From: Azolla caroliniana
Lineage: Eukaryota > Plantae > Polypodiophyta
Direction of reading: 5' to 3'
Assembly: GCA_043228905.1 (NCBI GenBank)
Contig: JBHGNT010000014.1
Location: 14,446,001 to 14,510,000, forward strand
Length of the DNA: 64,000 nucleotides
The position numbers and the translations under genes were made by a program. Positions 13,868-27,293 of the stretch are shown piece by piece; positions within the stretch are counted from its first letter, which is position 1, and each line of letters opens with the position of its first letter. The notes under the pieces are model-generated. The model was not told the origin of the DNA. It did not search any database and was given only the letters and a program-made list of their open reading frames with translations.

Positions 13868-14467
13868 CATAGTATGAACCATGCCTACCATTCATGCATT
13901 CGTGTTCGAGAAGGGTAAACACCCTCGAAGAATGATAAATACAATACTTTTGGATAAATTATTTACTATAAGGTAAATATTTTTTCAAGGTAATTTTTTT
14001 TTTTAATTGCAAAAAAAAACATTACCTTCTTAATAACAAAAATTACAACAAAATTACAACAAAATTACAACAAAATTACAGAAATTATAGAGAAATTACA
14101 AAAATTACAAAAAATTATAGAAATTACAAAACAATTACAGAAATTACAACAAAATTACAAAAAAATTACAAAAATTACGAAAAAATTACAAAAATTAGTG
14201 AAAAATTACAGAAAGTAATGGCTAGGAGGAGATGTGGTCACAGACTCACTATTGACTAGTGTGCACGATGCAAGCAGCAGATCGTTCAAGGAAAAGGGGG
14301 GAAAGGGGAGGAGAGCAGAGCGTAGCGTTGATGTGCAAAGGAAAAGGGGGGGAAAGAGGTAAAAAAGGGAAAAAAAAACACACGAATATTTGAATATCAT
14401 TCGTGTTCGTTTTCCAACGTAGGAAAACAAATGATATAGTAGACGAACACGAATTTTACGTACTATG
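13868..14467. mobile_element. hAT-type MITE with perfect 8-bp TSD (TTTGGAAG)
   Basis: Ends CATAGTATG / CGTACTATG. TSD at 13860-13867 and 14468-14475. Internal AAAATTAC(A/AA) tandem array at ~14035-14210. Confidence 0.9.
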
Positions 14468-14566
14468 TTTGGAAGTATGTATCAAATATTTGACAAGTTT
14501 TAACCCGTTGTTATTTGAGGCCTCAACAATGGATTTTTGCTCAGTATGTTTATCAGGTTTTTTTAA

Positions 14567-16782
14567 GGGAAAAGTACAAGGATACCCCTGGAAGTTCGTC
14601 TATTTACCAAAATGCCCCTGGAAGTTCCAAATTTACCAAACTACCCCTATGTCCAAAAAATTACACTTTATAAAGTAATTATACACTCAAATCTTTGGTA
14701 AATAGGGCTAGTTCGGGTCCATTTCTTCCATCTTTGGTAAATAGGGTTGGTAGATTTGAGTGTATAATTTTATTTTTTTTCAAAAAAACACTACTTCGCA
14801 TTAGTTAGCAAACAAATTACATCATAGATCATCAAAAATTCCTCTCATCAACCCTCACTCTGGCCTTCCCACCAAAGTGGACATAGTCCCCACCTCATTT
14901 TCAACAAAAGTATCCAAATAACTCCTATAACCTAGTAATTTGTACCATATCTATACATATTTACAGCACCTAGTCACTGATGGAAACCATTGGGGGAAAC
15001 AACCATCGGGGTGCTTGGTAATTCCATTGAGGCCTTGATGATGATCTACCCACCATAGGAGAACTACCCCATTTCAGCAAGAACTTTGATCAAGTTCTTT
15101 CAGCTACATCAGATTCCCCCTTAATCGAGTCGTATCGTCCCCGCAACCAAGATACCAACTCAAACCAGATATTTAATAATACCTCACCACCAGGGATCTT
15201 TTGATGTTGAAAAACAAACTTACAACGCCTGGTCCAAATGTGCCAGACTGATAAACAAGCCACCACCATCCATATCTCTTCAAAAAATTCTGAGTTAGTG
15301 CCAGGTCGAACTCCAGCCCGTTGAAACACCTTGCCACCCTTTACTATAAATCCATGACCGTGGTGGTTTAACTATTTAGGCCAGCCTTCCCCTATTAACT
15401 TCAACCCCTGTACGGACCCCCATACAACTCTCCCATTCACGTCGCATGCGGCCACTATCCTGAGACTTCTACCCCAAATGTTAATAGCCTCTTTGCAATT
15501 CCAAAAACAATGAGGAATTGATTCCAAAGGGTGTCCACAAATCTTGCAACCAGCCTCACCACCACGACACCTAAGCCACTCCCCCACCGGTACCGCTTTG
15601 TGACTAAGAAGCCACAACCAAAGCTTTATTTTTTCTGGCATATCGAACGCCCATAGCCTCCTCCAAAACGACTTCAACAAGTCATCAGAAATGCCTTTAT
15701 CCTTCCAACTATTGCGAGTTAGAGTAGCACCCATCGATTTGGAGCCAATGATTTTCCTTCCTAGTTTAGTAGTGTACTCAAAAAACCGTTCCAATTTGTC
15801 CGTTCCCGGTTTCTGCCACCACACCTCTAGTGGATCCCAATCCAAATCACATATGGGCTTGTTGTCAACTATCCAAAGCTTACAATCAGATTCCAGCTTC
15901 CCTGGGTCCAGGTTTACTTGCCACTTCTTACCTTCCAACACTGCCACTCGCACTGCCAACCATTGGCCATTGTCTGCCACAGCACTTAGGTTGCCCCACA
16001 AATGATTCTCATTAGATGGGCACCTGCCTCGGATAATTTGTGCATCACCCTCACCTACAAACCACCCAAACTAGACCCCCTCTTCTTCATTCAGCCTAAC
16101 TAGACCATCAATAGCCTTATTTATCAAACGGGTCACCTTTTCCAGCCTGCCAGTAAACCTAGGACTACCAACCAGACCCTCCCTTCTTTTCCTTTTGAAA
16201 TCCTCCCATTCTCTTACTGAACTAACATTGTACCCTACCATTTGCCCCCATGGCAAGTATTTTTTCTGGCCAAGCATCATACCGTCATCATCTTTAATCC
16301 TAGGGTTCCAAAACAATGGTTGACAGAGTTGTTCCTCCATTGTTTTTGGCTGCATTAAGACCATCCCCTCTCTTAAACTTGACCGGGCCCTCATTATGGT
16401 GCGGGCCACCCTATCCTCCATGCTAGTAGGTTATTTTAACTTTAGGCCTGGACTAAACAACCACCACTTCTTTGCCTTCCAAGGGCCGACATTCCTTGGA
16501 CACCAGAGTTCAGTTCTGTCTCTAAGAAGCAATTTCCACAATTCTGGTCTAGGTTGGAGACTTTGCACCAGGAGCTTACCGAGTAAAGCCTTACTTTGGT
16601 GAACCGGATCCACCATACCTAGTCCACCTTGATTTTTTGCCTTGATCAAACAACTTTATAAAGTGTATAATTACTTTATAAAGTGTAATTTTTTGAACAT
16701 AGGGGTAGTTTGGTAAATTTGGAACTTCCAGGGTCATTCTGGTAAATAGATGAACTTCCAGGGGTATCCTGGTACTTTTCCC
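14567..16782. mobile_element. Mutator-like MITE (~125-bp TIRs) split by a LINE insertion
   Basis: GGGAAAAGTAC...GTACTTTTCCC. The long TIR at 14567-14694 matches the reverse complement of 14752-14769 plus 16673-16782. TSD lies in T-rich sequence and is ambiguous. Confidence 0.85.
14770..16652 (-). mobile_element. 5'-truncated L1-type LINE (post-RT region and zf-RVT) with A-tail and 11-bp TSD
   Basis: KNQGGLGM and KIKLWLWLLSHKAVP...CKICGHPLESIPHCFWNC. T-run at 14770-14780 is the poly(A) tail. AGTGTATAATT at 14759-14769 and 16662-16672. Confidence 0.9.
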
Positions 16783-16910
16783 TTTCTTTTTTAATGGCTT
16801 TACAAGATGTTCCTTTCCCTACATAGGTAGGTAAAGGACTATAAGTTCTAACAAGTGGGTTTTACATACAATTAATATAATTGTGTGCTTTTACGAGAGA
16901 GAAATTGCGC

Positions 16911-16940
<30 letters not shown>

Positions 16941-16941
<1 letters not shown>

Positions 16942-17320
16942 CCCAAATGGACGTAGCTCAGTTGGTAAGGTTGCCGAAATGGAGACCGGGAGGTCATGGG
17001 TTCAACCCCTACATTCCATAGCAGCATCTAGTGAATTAAGATATATGTATGAAGTATGTAATAGAAAGGTGAGATAATTTGGTTTCGAACCCAAGACATA
17101 GTACTTGTAGTGAAACAAATTACGACTAGGGTACTTGCTAATTACAATAAATAAAAAGAGAGAAAGAGCCTAGAAGGTCATGGGTTCACCGTTCAACCCC
17201 TATATTCCACAATGGCATCAGGTAAATTATGTGATATGTATGGAGTAATCGAGAGGTACGAAAATTGTGTTTCCACATACATAGTTCTAGTAGTGTAACA
17301 ACTTACCATTAGGGTAAGCT
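16941..17320. mobile_element. tRNA-derived SINE-like repeats (two adjacent copies), each with a forward and an inverted tRNA-like module
   Basis: A-box TAGCTCAGTTGG and B-box GGTTCAACCCC, followed ~90 nt later by a reverse-strand B-box (ggtttcgaacc). Confidence 0.7.
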
Positions 17321-17340
17321 AATTACGATCAAAAATTTAA

Positions 17341-18232
17341 AAGAGAGAGACAGATTTTGAAGATGCCACGTGATGGTTACGTATTCCCCCAAATTACAAG
17401 ATATACCATTGTTGCAAGGATCTTTGCCATTGAAAACAAAATTTGCACCTTGGGTGGATTGGCAGTTCCAAAATGGTATACGCTTATTATAGGTCACCAC
17501 AAATATATTGTATCATCATGTGATGGCATCATTATTGTGGATATCTCCTAAAGTAGTGAAGTTGTGGAATGTATATAAGTTAGATGCAAGGTGGTGGAAA
17601 ATATTACAACGTGGTTGGCATTCTCATCTACCATTTCGTGCAAAGGTATTCATATGGAGAATCATGATTGGTGGGCTCCCATTAAGTTCGACCTTAAAGA
17701 GACGAGGACTAGGGTCCAACACTTAGTTTCTTTTGCACCGTTCCATTGGAGGATAATACACATAGGTTCATTAAATGTCCTACAACATGTACCATTTGGA
17801 AGTACTTATCAGACATTTGGCAAGTTTTAACTCGTTGTTGTTTGAGACCTCAACAATGGGTTTTTTCTCAATATGTTCAAAATGCTTCAAATGATGAGAT
17901 GGAGATATTGTTCCAATTTTTACGTTATTGGGGTCTACAACACAATTGGAATATGCGTAATGTTTTCATGTTTAATAATAGACATGGGGTGAAAGCCTAT
18001 ATAAAGAAGTTGAAAGGTATTCTCATGTGGAATTTTTGGATGTTAGAGCATGTGGGGATCATTTCCTCAAATGCATATTTAGGTTTTTTAATAGCATTAC
18101 AGAACGTCCCTCTCCCTAAATAGGCATATGATAGGTAGAGGAGACTAAGAAGTGTTGTAACTAAGTGGATTTTAGATACAATTTATATAATTATGTGGTT
18201 TTACCAAGAGAGAGAGGGAGGGAGGGAGGGAG
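17341..18232 (+). mobile_element. Third copy of the (GA)n-flanked LINE (zf-RVT and 3' end)
   Basis: WHSHLPFRAKVFIWRIMIGGLP and EDNTHRFIKC. GA runs at both ends. Confidence 0.88.
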
Positions 18233-18735
18233 AATCAACCCCTACAATCCACAATGGCATCTTATAAATTAAGATATATGTATAGAGTAATAGAGAGGTG
18301 AGAAATTTCAGTTTTGAAACCAAGACATAGTGCTAGTAATTTAATGGCTTACCATTAGGATGAGAGAGAGAGAGAGAGAGAGAGAGTTTGCCCAAATGGA
18401 TATAGCTCAGTCAATAAGGTTACCCAATAAAGACTAGGAGGTTATGGGTTCAACCCCTACATTTCGCAATGGCATCAAGTAAATTAAGAGATATAAATGA
18501 AGTAATAGAGAGGTGAGAGACAGAGTTTTGAACTCAAGACATATCTAGTGCTAATAGAGAGGGAGAAATATTTTTATTGAAATGAGTGTAGATAAGTTGG
18601 TAAGGTTGCCTAATTGAGACCAAAAGATCATGGGTTCAAGTTTCAACCCTTAGATTCCACAATGGCATCTAGTAAATTAGGAGTTGTCTATAGAGTAAAG
18701 AGATGTGATAATTGGGTTTTGAATCCAAGACATAG
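18233..18735. mobile_element. Three further copies of the two-headed tRNA-derived repeat, separated by GA-rich runs
   Basis: Copies at ~18233, ~18389 and ~18580 share tagctcag...gggttcaacccctacattcc...aatggcatc...tttgaa(c/t)ccaagacata. Confidence 0.7.
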
Positions 18736-21231
18736 TGAGCTAACGATGATGATGCAATTTGAGGGTGAATTATAGACAAAATTTGCTTAGTTATGGCGAA
18801 CTACTATAATTGATGTTTCAAACATTTTTTAAGTTTTAGAATTCAAAAGCATTCTTGAAACTTCAAATAAATGTTGAAACATTGCTCATACCAATTTATC
18901 TTGTTTACACTTTAATAATCTAGACATCTGGAGTTCTCTTTTAAAATAGTAGCTTTGAACTCATTCAAAAGAAACTCAAACATTACTTCAGTAAATGCCA
19001 AGATCCTATTGATTCTTAACTAGAGTTTTTTTACCAACATCCACGTGAAATTTCTGCATCTTTTCTTCTAGAAGGTTGTGTTATTTTAATTTATTTTGCT
19101 TTAAAGGCCAAACCAAATGGCAAGCATATTGCTATACTTGAAATATATTTGAATCTTCACATTTTGCTTCATGGTTTCATTTTATTTTAAAACTTTTAGG
19201 GAATTTCTAAACTTATATTGTTTAGAAACATTAACAATTGAAACATCCAACAACTCTCTTTTTTATATGATTTGAGGCCCCACACCAAGTTTTCTTTACC
19301 AAGACCAATAGTTCTAGAATTAGGGCCTAGTCATTGAAATGATGCAACGTGCCACTACTTGTTAATGTTGTAATGGTCTATGTCTCACAAGGTTTACCCT
19401 TAAATGTTTTAAATAGATAAAAAAACAAATTTGTAGGTAGAGCCAAGACTTGTGAAATTTTATGTTACATATTTTTGAAAGATTTTGTGATTAAATAAAA
19501 AAATTATCATTTTTCTTATTGATTAAATAAAATTGAAACTAAATAAATAAATATGTTTAAAATAAAACAAATGTGCGATAAAAGTGTAAAAATGCAATGA
19601 AACATATCCAAGTGTAAAGGACCATGGTTGTACTATGCTAGCATGAGACATGGCCAAAGCCTTTTTTCATATATACCCTATAATGCTTAGGAGCTACCTA
19701 TCCTAAGCACAACTAAAAATAATGTCTGCTCTCCAAGGCTTGAGCACTAGAATGATGAGGAAACTAATTATATTGCAATCAAATAATGAGAAAACTATTG
19801 CAACTTTATTATCATTATGATTTAAACATTGAGTGTAATCCTAGGCAATCTTACCGATACACTACACCACCAAAATATTGCTATAATTCTTCTTAGGGGT
19901 GCCAACAATCAATGGACATTACCCTTTCAAGGGCCGGAGCATAACATTTCTTACAAGGTCCAATTGGAATCCTAAATTTTGCTTATGAAGCGAACTACTC
20001 AATTGTGGGTTGGATCTATGGGCATGTTACTAATCTCTCTCTTTCTCTAAGGAGCTACAAAATCTCTCATGTTTTTTTTTAATTATTAATTTTGTTACTT
20101 CCAAACCGAATTTCAAATATGGGTTTAATATTCAAGTGTTCACATACCCATAAACATAATAGATATCCACATTATTTACATTCTAAAGATTGAAAACTTT
20201 ACTATTATTGGTTTTATAAAATTAATATTATTGGATATTTCACGCATGATGTAGACCCATCAATGAGATCGAGAATGAATGCATGAACCATAATTTTAAA
20301 CCATATAAGATAAATGACATAATGTTCATACCTAAACCTCATAAGGAAGTGGTGGTGCAATACATTCAAGACATATTCATTGCATCAACACCTAAATGAG
20401 TGCATAGGGAGAGGTACATGTTGATATGAAGAAAAAGTAATTAAATGTACAAACCATATTACTCAAGTTGCTATAATCAATCAACCTAATACATGTTCAC
20501 GAGTTAAAGGACCTCATCTTTTGATTATTCCACAAACATGTGCTATTATGCTTGTAATTATAATTACTCCCACACTAATTTGTTGTCTTAGCAATAACCC
20601 TAGATACAAAGGTAGGGGCACATAACGTTTTACTTCTAACATTCTAGTGTTGGCGTGGAATTGAATACATCTTCTAGATAATCATATTTATAATGGATGA
20701 AGATTGTTCCCTCGATTGTCTTGTACAACATGCTTCATCTTTTGCATGGCATATATTTTTGTTGTGTTGGCATGTCACTATACTTATTTGAGAAGATTCT
20801 TATATATTTGTCATTCCCTTCATTATGATGAATTAATTTATACAACTCCATTATACTAGATTCAATTTGGTTATAAAATAACAGAATTGTTAAATTTTAA
20901 TTACAATAATCCATAATGAGTACTTCAAACACATAATAACATGAACTAATCTTCATGCATACATCACACAATCTTGCTTATGTATGTCCTTGTTTGTTCT
21001 GTAACCAATGTATTGCCTACCCAAATAGGTATGTCCCTACATATATACATAAAATCATGTGAGCTTCCTCACTAACTTATATGAAGTAAAATATTATGAA
21101 TTCATGACATTGTTTACATTAAATCAATTTCTATGATGCAGTAACTAAAGAATGTGAAGATTGAAGGAAATGCAATGGGACAAAGATTTGGAAGAGGTAC
21201 ACAAACTACAACCAAAGCATAAGTTAAAGTT

Positions 21232-21470
21232 GTGTTCGTGATGCTCCTATAGTTTTAAAGGACATGTTGTTCGTGATGTTTGTATAGTTTTAAAGGACTT
21301 GTCGTTCACAATTTTTGTATAGTTTTAAAGGACTTGTCGTTCGTGGTGTTTGTATAGTTTTAAAGGAATTGTTCGTGATGTTTGTATACTTTTAAAGGAC
21401 TTGTCGTTTGTGATGTTTGTATAGTTTTAAAGGAATTGTTCGTGATGTTTGTACACTTTAAAAGGAGTTG
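21232..21470. repeat. Minisatellite, ~35-bp unit x ~7
   Basis: gttcgtgatgtttgtatagttttaaaggacttgtc repeated head to tail without spacers. Confidence 0.9.
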
Positions 21471-22419
21471 TTGCATCCATCATCAAGGTTAATAATGACC
21501 AAATATCTCAAGTGAAGAAATGTGTTCCTTAAATTCAAAAAGAGAATAAAAATGCTCATAGGTTGAGAAAAAAGTATGAAGATTCTGTTAAACTTGTGTG
21601 TGTGATTTTGTGCAACCCAAGAGGAACTACATAAATTGCCATCAAGTTACTTGCTAGAAAATATCTAAAGTGAGGGAACTATGTCCTACAAGCTCAAATA
21701 AATGCACGAAAAGTGCAAGTAAGTTCTTATACAACTATATTAGCCATTACTCTAACAGCCTTGGATACATACACACACAAAGATAAATTATATCTAAATT
21801 GTTGTGTATTGGGAAGAGGCTAAATAATAGAGTAGAGTATGAAACCTAATCCGATAAACACATGTGTATGATACTGAGCATAAATAAAACGAACATAAGC
21901 CATGAACTATATATATATATATACGTCTATTGAAGTAATTATTGACCTTTGTCACCTTTTGAATCTTTGCCATCAATTTGATAGATAGTTCAAGTAGGAT
22001 TGTAAAAATGTTGGTCCAATTTAAAATTTCACATTGCTATTAGATGTGATCTTCACAATATAAATTCTTAAATCAATGTATATGTTATAACCACATGACA
22101 TGTCTATATGTCAATATGATAAGGACGTTACTAATTATCAGAATGAACATTTGGGTGTCACCACGCGCCTTTAATATAACCATGCATACAATACATTTAA
22201 CCTTTTCCTTTCTTCATCTCCATATAAATGTACCCTAAAGTTGAATCAACTGATATAAGGAATAAAGTTCTTTGTACGTAAACGTACCAAGTCTTGCTAC
22301 GTTTTCGAAATTAATAGATTGAGATGTGCATCTTATTTACTTGTCTTTTACACATAAGGAAGATAATGCAATATATGTGTTGTAATAGGTGTTCAATCTA
22401 GATTTGGACAAGTGATAAA

Positions 22420-22470
22420 CCATAAAACTATAAGGGTTTTTCACACACATTAATTAATATAATTGTGCGT

Positions 22471-22502
<32 letters not shown>
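22420..22502 (+). mobile_element. Isolated 3' tail of the (GA)n LINE family
   Basis: cacacattaattaatataattgtgcgttgtcac followed by (GA)n matches the tails at 13675-13750 and 16860-16940. Confidence 0.6.
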
Positions 22503-25500
22503 TCTCCTCTGTGCAAGTGATTTTACTATCATCCTAGGAGACCAAATAGTAACCATAATGCATTTTCAAATGGTATGTGTGGAATTGATTAGTGACTCTC
22601 AATGTTCAAGAAATTTACTATTGAATGTTGGAATTGAGAGTGCACATTGTGATTGTGAGAGGACGTTGTGTAGAGAGTGGACTGTATTGACAATGTGTGG
22701 AAAGCTAGAGAATTGTATAAAAATATAATACTGAGAATCCAAATTTGATCAAGGAAACATATGCATAGTCGATGAGTCTCTTTGCTTGCGGCCCATCTCA
22801 CATTGAAAAGAATTGAGTCAAGTCATATGGAAGCAATGGTGCAAATGGTGGGCTCTAGCATGTACCGATCTTTGTGGTTTCCCCATTTAGACAAGAACAT
22901 AGTTTTGTACTTTGGTGAAACATATGTTATATGATATGTGAAACACGAGACTCCAGATTTTTCCCAAACCCTTATACATTTGCATCATTAAAAACTTCTC
23001 ATTCACAAAGGAATCTATTGATGCACATGAAGCAAATGAAATGCATCCCGTTTTCCAAACCATTTCTTCAAACCAAGAGGAAGTTTATATGGAGATAAAC
23101 ATGTTAAGTAGTGGTGATTCAACATTGGATGTAATAACCAAGGATAGGTAGGTACACGATGTAAGGCTATCAAATAGTATGTAGCAAAGTACCTTCCATG
23201 GAGAAATATTTATTAGTTTTTTTAATGTAGGAAGCCCTAGTCTTTATTACATTTAAACAAATATATGCCAAAATGTTTAGAGATACTATGTAATGCTACC
23301 TTCTCCACTATTCTGATGAAATTATCAGCGTAGCCTACCAATTACAAAGACAATTTTGATAACAATTATATATTAGGAATCACTACTACGCTACATGTAC
23401 ATCCCACAAACGTTTTCACCATTGCTTGTTTTACAAAGAAAGGGGGCAACATACTTGTTATAATTCACACTTACAATGAGTTCTTTTACGAGGCATATGC
23501 ATGTAAGCATATCTCTTTTACGCATGTGTCATCAAGGAAGAAAAAATTCAAAAGGTTTTTTTTATGCATATTTCCCATGATATTCATTTGTATGTGGGTG
23601 GATATCGAGATTCCAATTCCACAATACATACACATACACGCACATGTTTATAATTGCACAATGTGTACTTTTTGATGGGGACTTTAACTATGGATTCTCA
23701 TGGGATAGCAAAAATTGATTCCAATTTTATGATGTGGAGGTAGACATAAGAAGCATCTAGGCTAAATATAGGAGTGTCCTAGGTAATAATATTGTTGTGT
23801 TTGAAGGGTTGGCCTTTTAGATGCTTAATATAGGAGTATACTAGGAACCAATTATTGTTATGTCGGATGGGTTGGCCTTTGCTGATGTGATGCAAAACAA
23901 AATCTAATCATAATGCTCCTCATCACCGCCCAACCACCACCACATCGTCATTATCATTATCAATATCATTATCATCCCTATCCTACACGCATTACGTGGA
24001 TCATGATGATCAACTTGTGGCCCAAGCCACGATGCCTTTATCATCATGATGATGATAGTGATGATGATGAATGTCTCACACCATTCACTATCATCACCAA
24101 CATCATACATGTTTGTAAGGGTGAAAGAGAGACGAGACGACTAGTGACTACATACATACATAATGGAGTGAGTGAGGAGTTATAAAAGAAAGGGTATGTA
24201 TGTGTGTGCGCGCACCCGAGCTTTAGGGAGAGGGAAAATCACAAGGGAATGTACGAACATAGAAGGACACAAGTACAATGTTTTAGAAGGCGTTTATTAT
24301 AAGGAGTAGGGGATCATTGAATGCCTCGTGATGGGGGTGCCAGAGAAAAACACAAAGAGATGAGGAATCGAAAAAGCCTCATGTCACCTCACATGTATTC
24401 ATTCCTAAAGATATGTATACTATTGTATTTGTATAGTTCATGCATGTTGCCATCACACATCAGAATAAGTGTTAGTAACTACTATGGAGCCATACACTTG
24501 TCACCCCCTCATTCCTTCCTTCACTTATAAAGATCTTCTAGTTAACTATTATTATTATTATTATTATCAATTCTACACATCATGTTCTCCATTTCCATAC
24601 ACAAAAGCACTCATTTGACTTTGAATACCTTACTCGTACTTTTCATCCTCTACATATCATGAAGTCCTCTAGTCCCCTCCCTCCCTCCCCACTACCTCTA
24701 CCCCACATCGACACAACATTCAAATACAACAAAAAGCTTCCTTAACTCCCTCCTATGTCTCATATGTAAAAGCCCATCAAAGTTCCTATCACATTTGTGC
24801 CATCGTGCCATAGCATATTCTATTTTGGATCCTCGTCTATGTGCATGAATAATTTGTTATATATTCCCTCGTCATTTTATAAACAACAATCTTTGTGTGG
24901 TAAAACTTTACAAATTACATGCCATCATTAGCCCCAATTGCCTCGTATACCGAAATGTTCTTACTTTAGTAGGTTGTATATTAGTCTTCCCTCATCATGA
25001 GAATAGTTATTACATGGTTATGTTTGGGGGAATTCTAAACTCATACAAGGAGCATGTATATTAGTGTATTAAAGGGAGATAAAAATAAATCATATCAAGT
25101 TGGGTCTATCACAAGTTGTGAGGCATCATCATGACTCATAGCATATATGACTCTTATCTGACTTACAAAAGTATGTTCAAAAGCAAGGTATCATCCTTTC
25201 TTATTGTTTGGATGTGACCACGTTCCATACTATTATACATCCTTCTCCCAACTATCTAGATGCATCTATTGTAATGATTTCCTTCATCCTTCAGGAAATG
25301 GCATTGTAATATACATAGAAAATTTAAGGTTTGATGTCAAAAACATTAAGACACAAAGAGGAGATCATAGGGACTAGAGCGCACTAAGAAATTGACAAGT
25401 GTATACAAATAGTTAGCGATTATCATGTCAATCCCAAATTCCCTCTTTGTGGTTTGACATATATGTAGCGCCCAAGAGATTCATTGAATTCACTTACATA

Positions 25501-26547
25501 ACTTCACGGTCAAATTGAAATCTCCATTATTTGCAAATATTTTGTGACTCTAAATTTGCCCCCCCCCCCCACTCCCACTTCTCTCTATACTATGTCTACT
25601 CTTGTATGTAAAAAATATGAAAAAAAAATTAGATTTTGCCAAAAACAAAAACTCACACAATCATGAGTTTCATATTTCATAGTAACCCTATCAAGGTAAC
25701 TTCAAAGTATAAAACACTAGTCTTATGTAACTTGCTTCATTCATGTCAATTATGTAGCTTCTCACACATGAGGTGGTTATTTACGAAATTCCATTTAATG
25801 AGATAGTTAGGTAACTCACCACTTGTCCTTCCTCTACTGTGTTCCTTTTTTTACCCATTTGTAATTATCTTGTTTATCCATAGGTCCTTCATAAGTACCC
25901 ACTTAATTTAGGTTGTTTTTCACTTTCGCATGCCCATTGGACATCTCTTTAGTGCAAACAAATCCATTCTCTTACCATGGTCTATACAATCTCGCATGCA
26001 TTTGCATAAAGTGTTAAGTGCATCATTTCAATGCGTCGAACATTGAATATGTGATGAATGTGCCGCCTCATGACAACTTGTTAACACTCTTAAGCTGATT
26101 TGAATTGAGATTTATAATATTGCAAGAGTTCTGACGCATATCTCGTACTTGTGAAAGTTTTTGTAACTCTTACGACCAATTGCAATCACCACGATTATAG
26201 TACCAAGAAACCTAAGTTGAACAAAGTTTGCATAATCTAATTTAACCCAAATTTATTGTCAAATATCATACTATAACCTCACAACTAGCTAGTTTAAATC
26301 TTTAACTACCTTTAACAAATAGTACCACGTTGATTTTGGGATCTTCTCCATGGATTACTTTTCCATGTAGAATTAGATGATAAGAGCTTTAGAATTGTAT
26401 TTTGTTATCCTAGATGAGACACTTTATATAGAATTTTGTTACCCAATGGCACACATGCTTTTTATTGTAGGATAGTAGTCAATAGAAGAACATCATCCAC
26501 ACACCACTATCGTAATTGAAATGACATTAATAATAGAATAAAACAAA

Positions 26548-26584
<37 letters not shown>

Positions 26585-27293
26585 ACGAAAAGTAAATTCA
26601 TATTCAATTTCAATGAATTTGGATGCAATACAAATTCATCGAATTGGATGAAGTACATTGATAGTTCATCTTAAGAGTGATCTATTGACAAAGCACTTCA
26701 TAGACTTGGTTGCAAGGCCATTACATGTAATTGGCCCGACAAGTTCTTTTAAACATAGCTATAAACACCAAGTGCAAAGATCTCCTCCAGTGTCACGCCA
26801 TTTCCAAATTTTCACGAGATGTTATGTTAAGCTATTTCAATAACAATATTCAAGGGCGTGATGGGTTTAACTATTACACATTACCAATTGGGCCATAGTT
26901 GAGTTAATTGATTGGAAATCATGAGGTCAATGTTCGATACATGTTCAATGTGGAATGGTATATATGGTGTAACAAAAAAAGTTCGGGAATTGGCATTTGA
27001 ACCCAAGAAGTCTTGGCCTCTATAGCCAAAAGAGAGAGGGAGGGGGGTTATAAGTATAATATGCTAAAAAGAACTAGCTATATGTAATATGATCATCACA
27101 AGGACATGGGGTCAATGAATAGGCTTTTTAAAACCAATCAATTGAAAGTTACGGCTAGAAGGTTAGTTAAATGGATCATACGTATATATGTACATGTGTG
27201 TGTATGTGTGTGTTAGGCTTAACAACTAGCTAATTATAAGATGATATTAGGTCCCTAAGAGTCTTCAACTAAATTGCAGACCTCTTAAGTTTC

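Larger units (their letters stand above)
13772..16940 (+). mobile_element. Second copy of the same LINE family, interrupted by two MITEs and another LINE
   Basis: CFFCTIPLEDNTHRF at 13790. Reading resumes at 14468 (WKYVSNI*QVLTRCYLRPQQW). The 3' end at 16783-16940 aligns with 18081-18230 and ends in (GA)n. Confidence 0.85.

Noticed and set aside
16947-17018. Functional tRNA gene
   Set aside because: The cloverleaf is imperfect and there are multiple diverged copies with a shared tail. Treated as a tRNA-derived repeat.
21232-21470. 35-bp repeats of CRISPR-like size
   Set aside because: Head-to-tail units with no unique spacers, no cas genes, eukaryotic context. It is a minisatellite.
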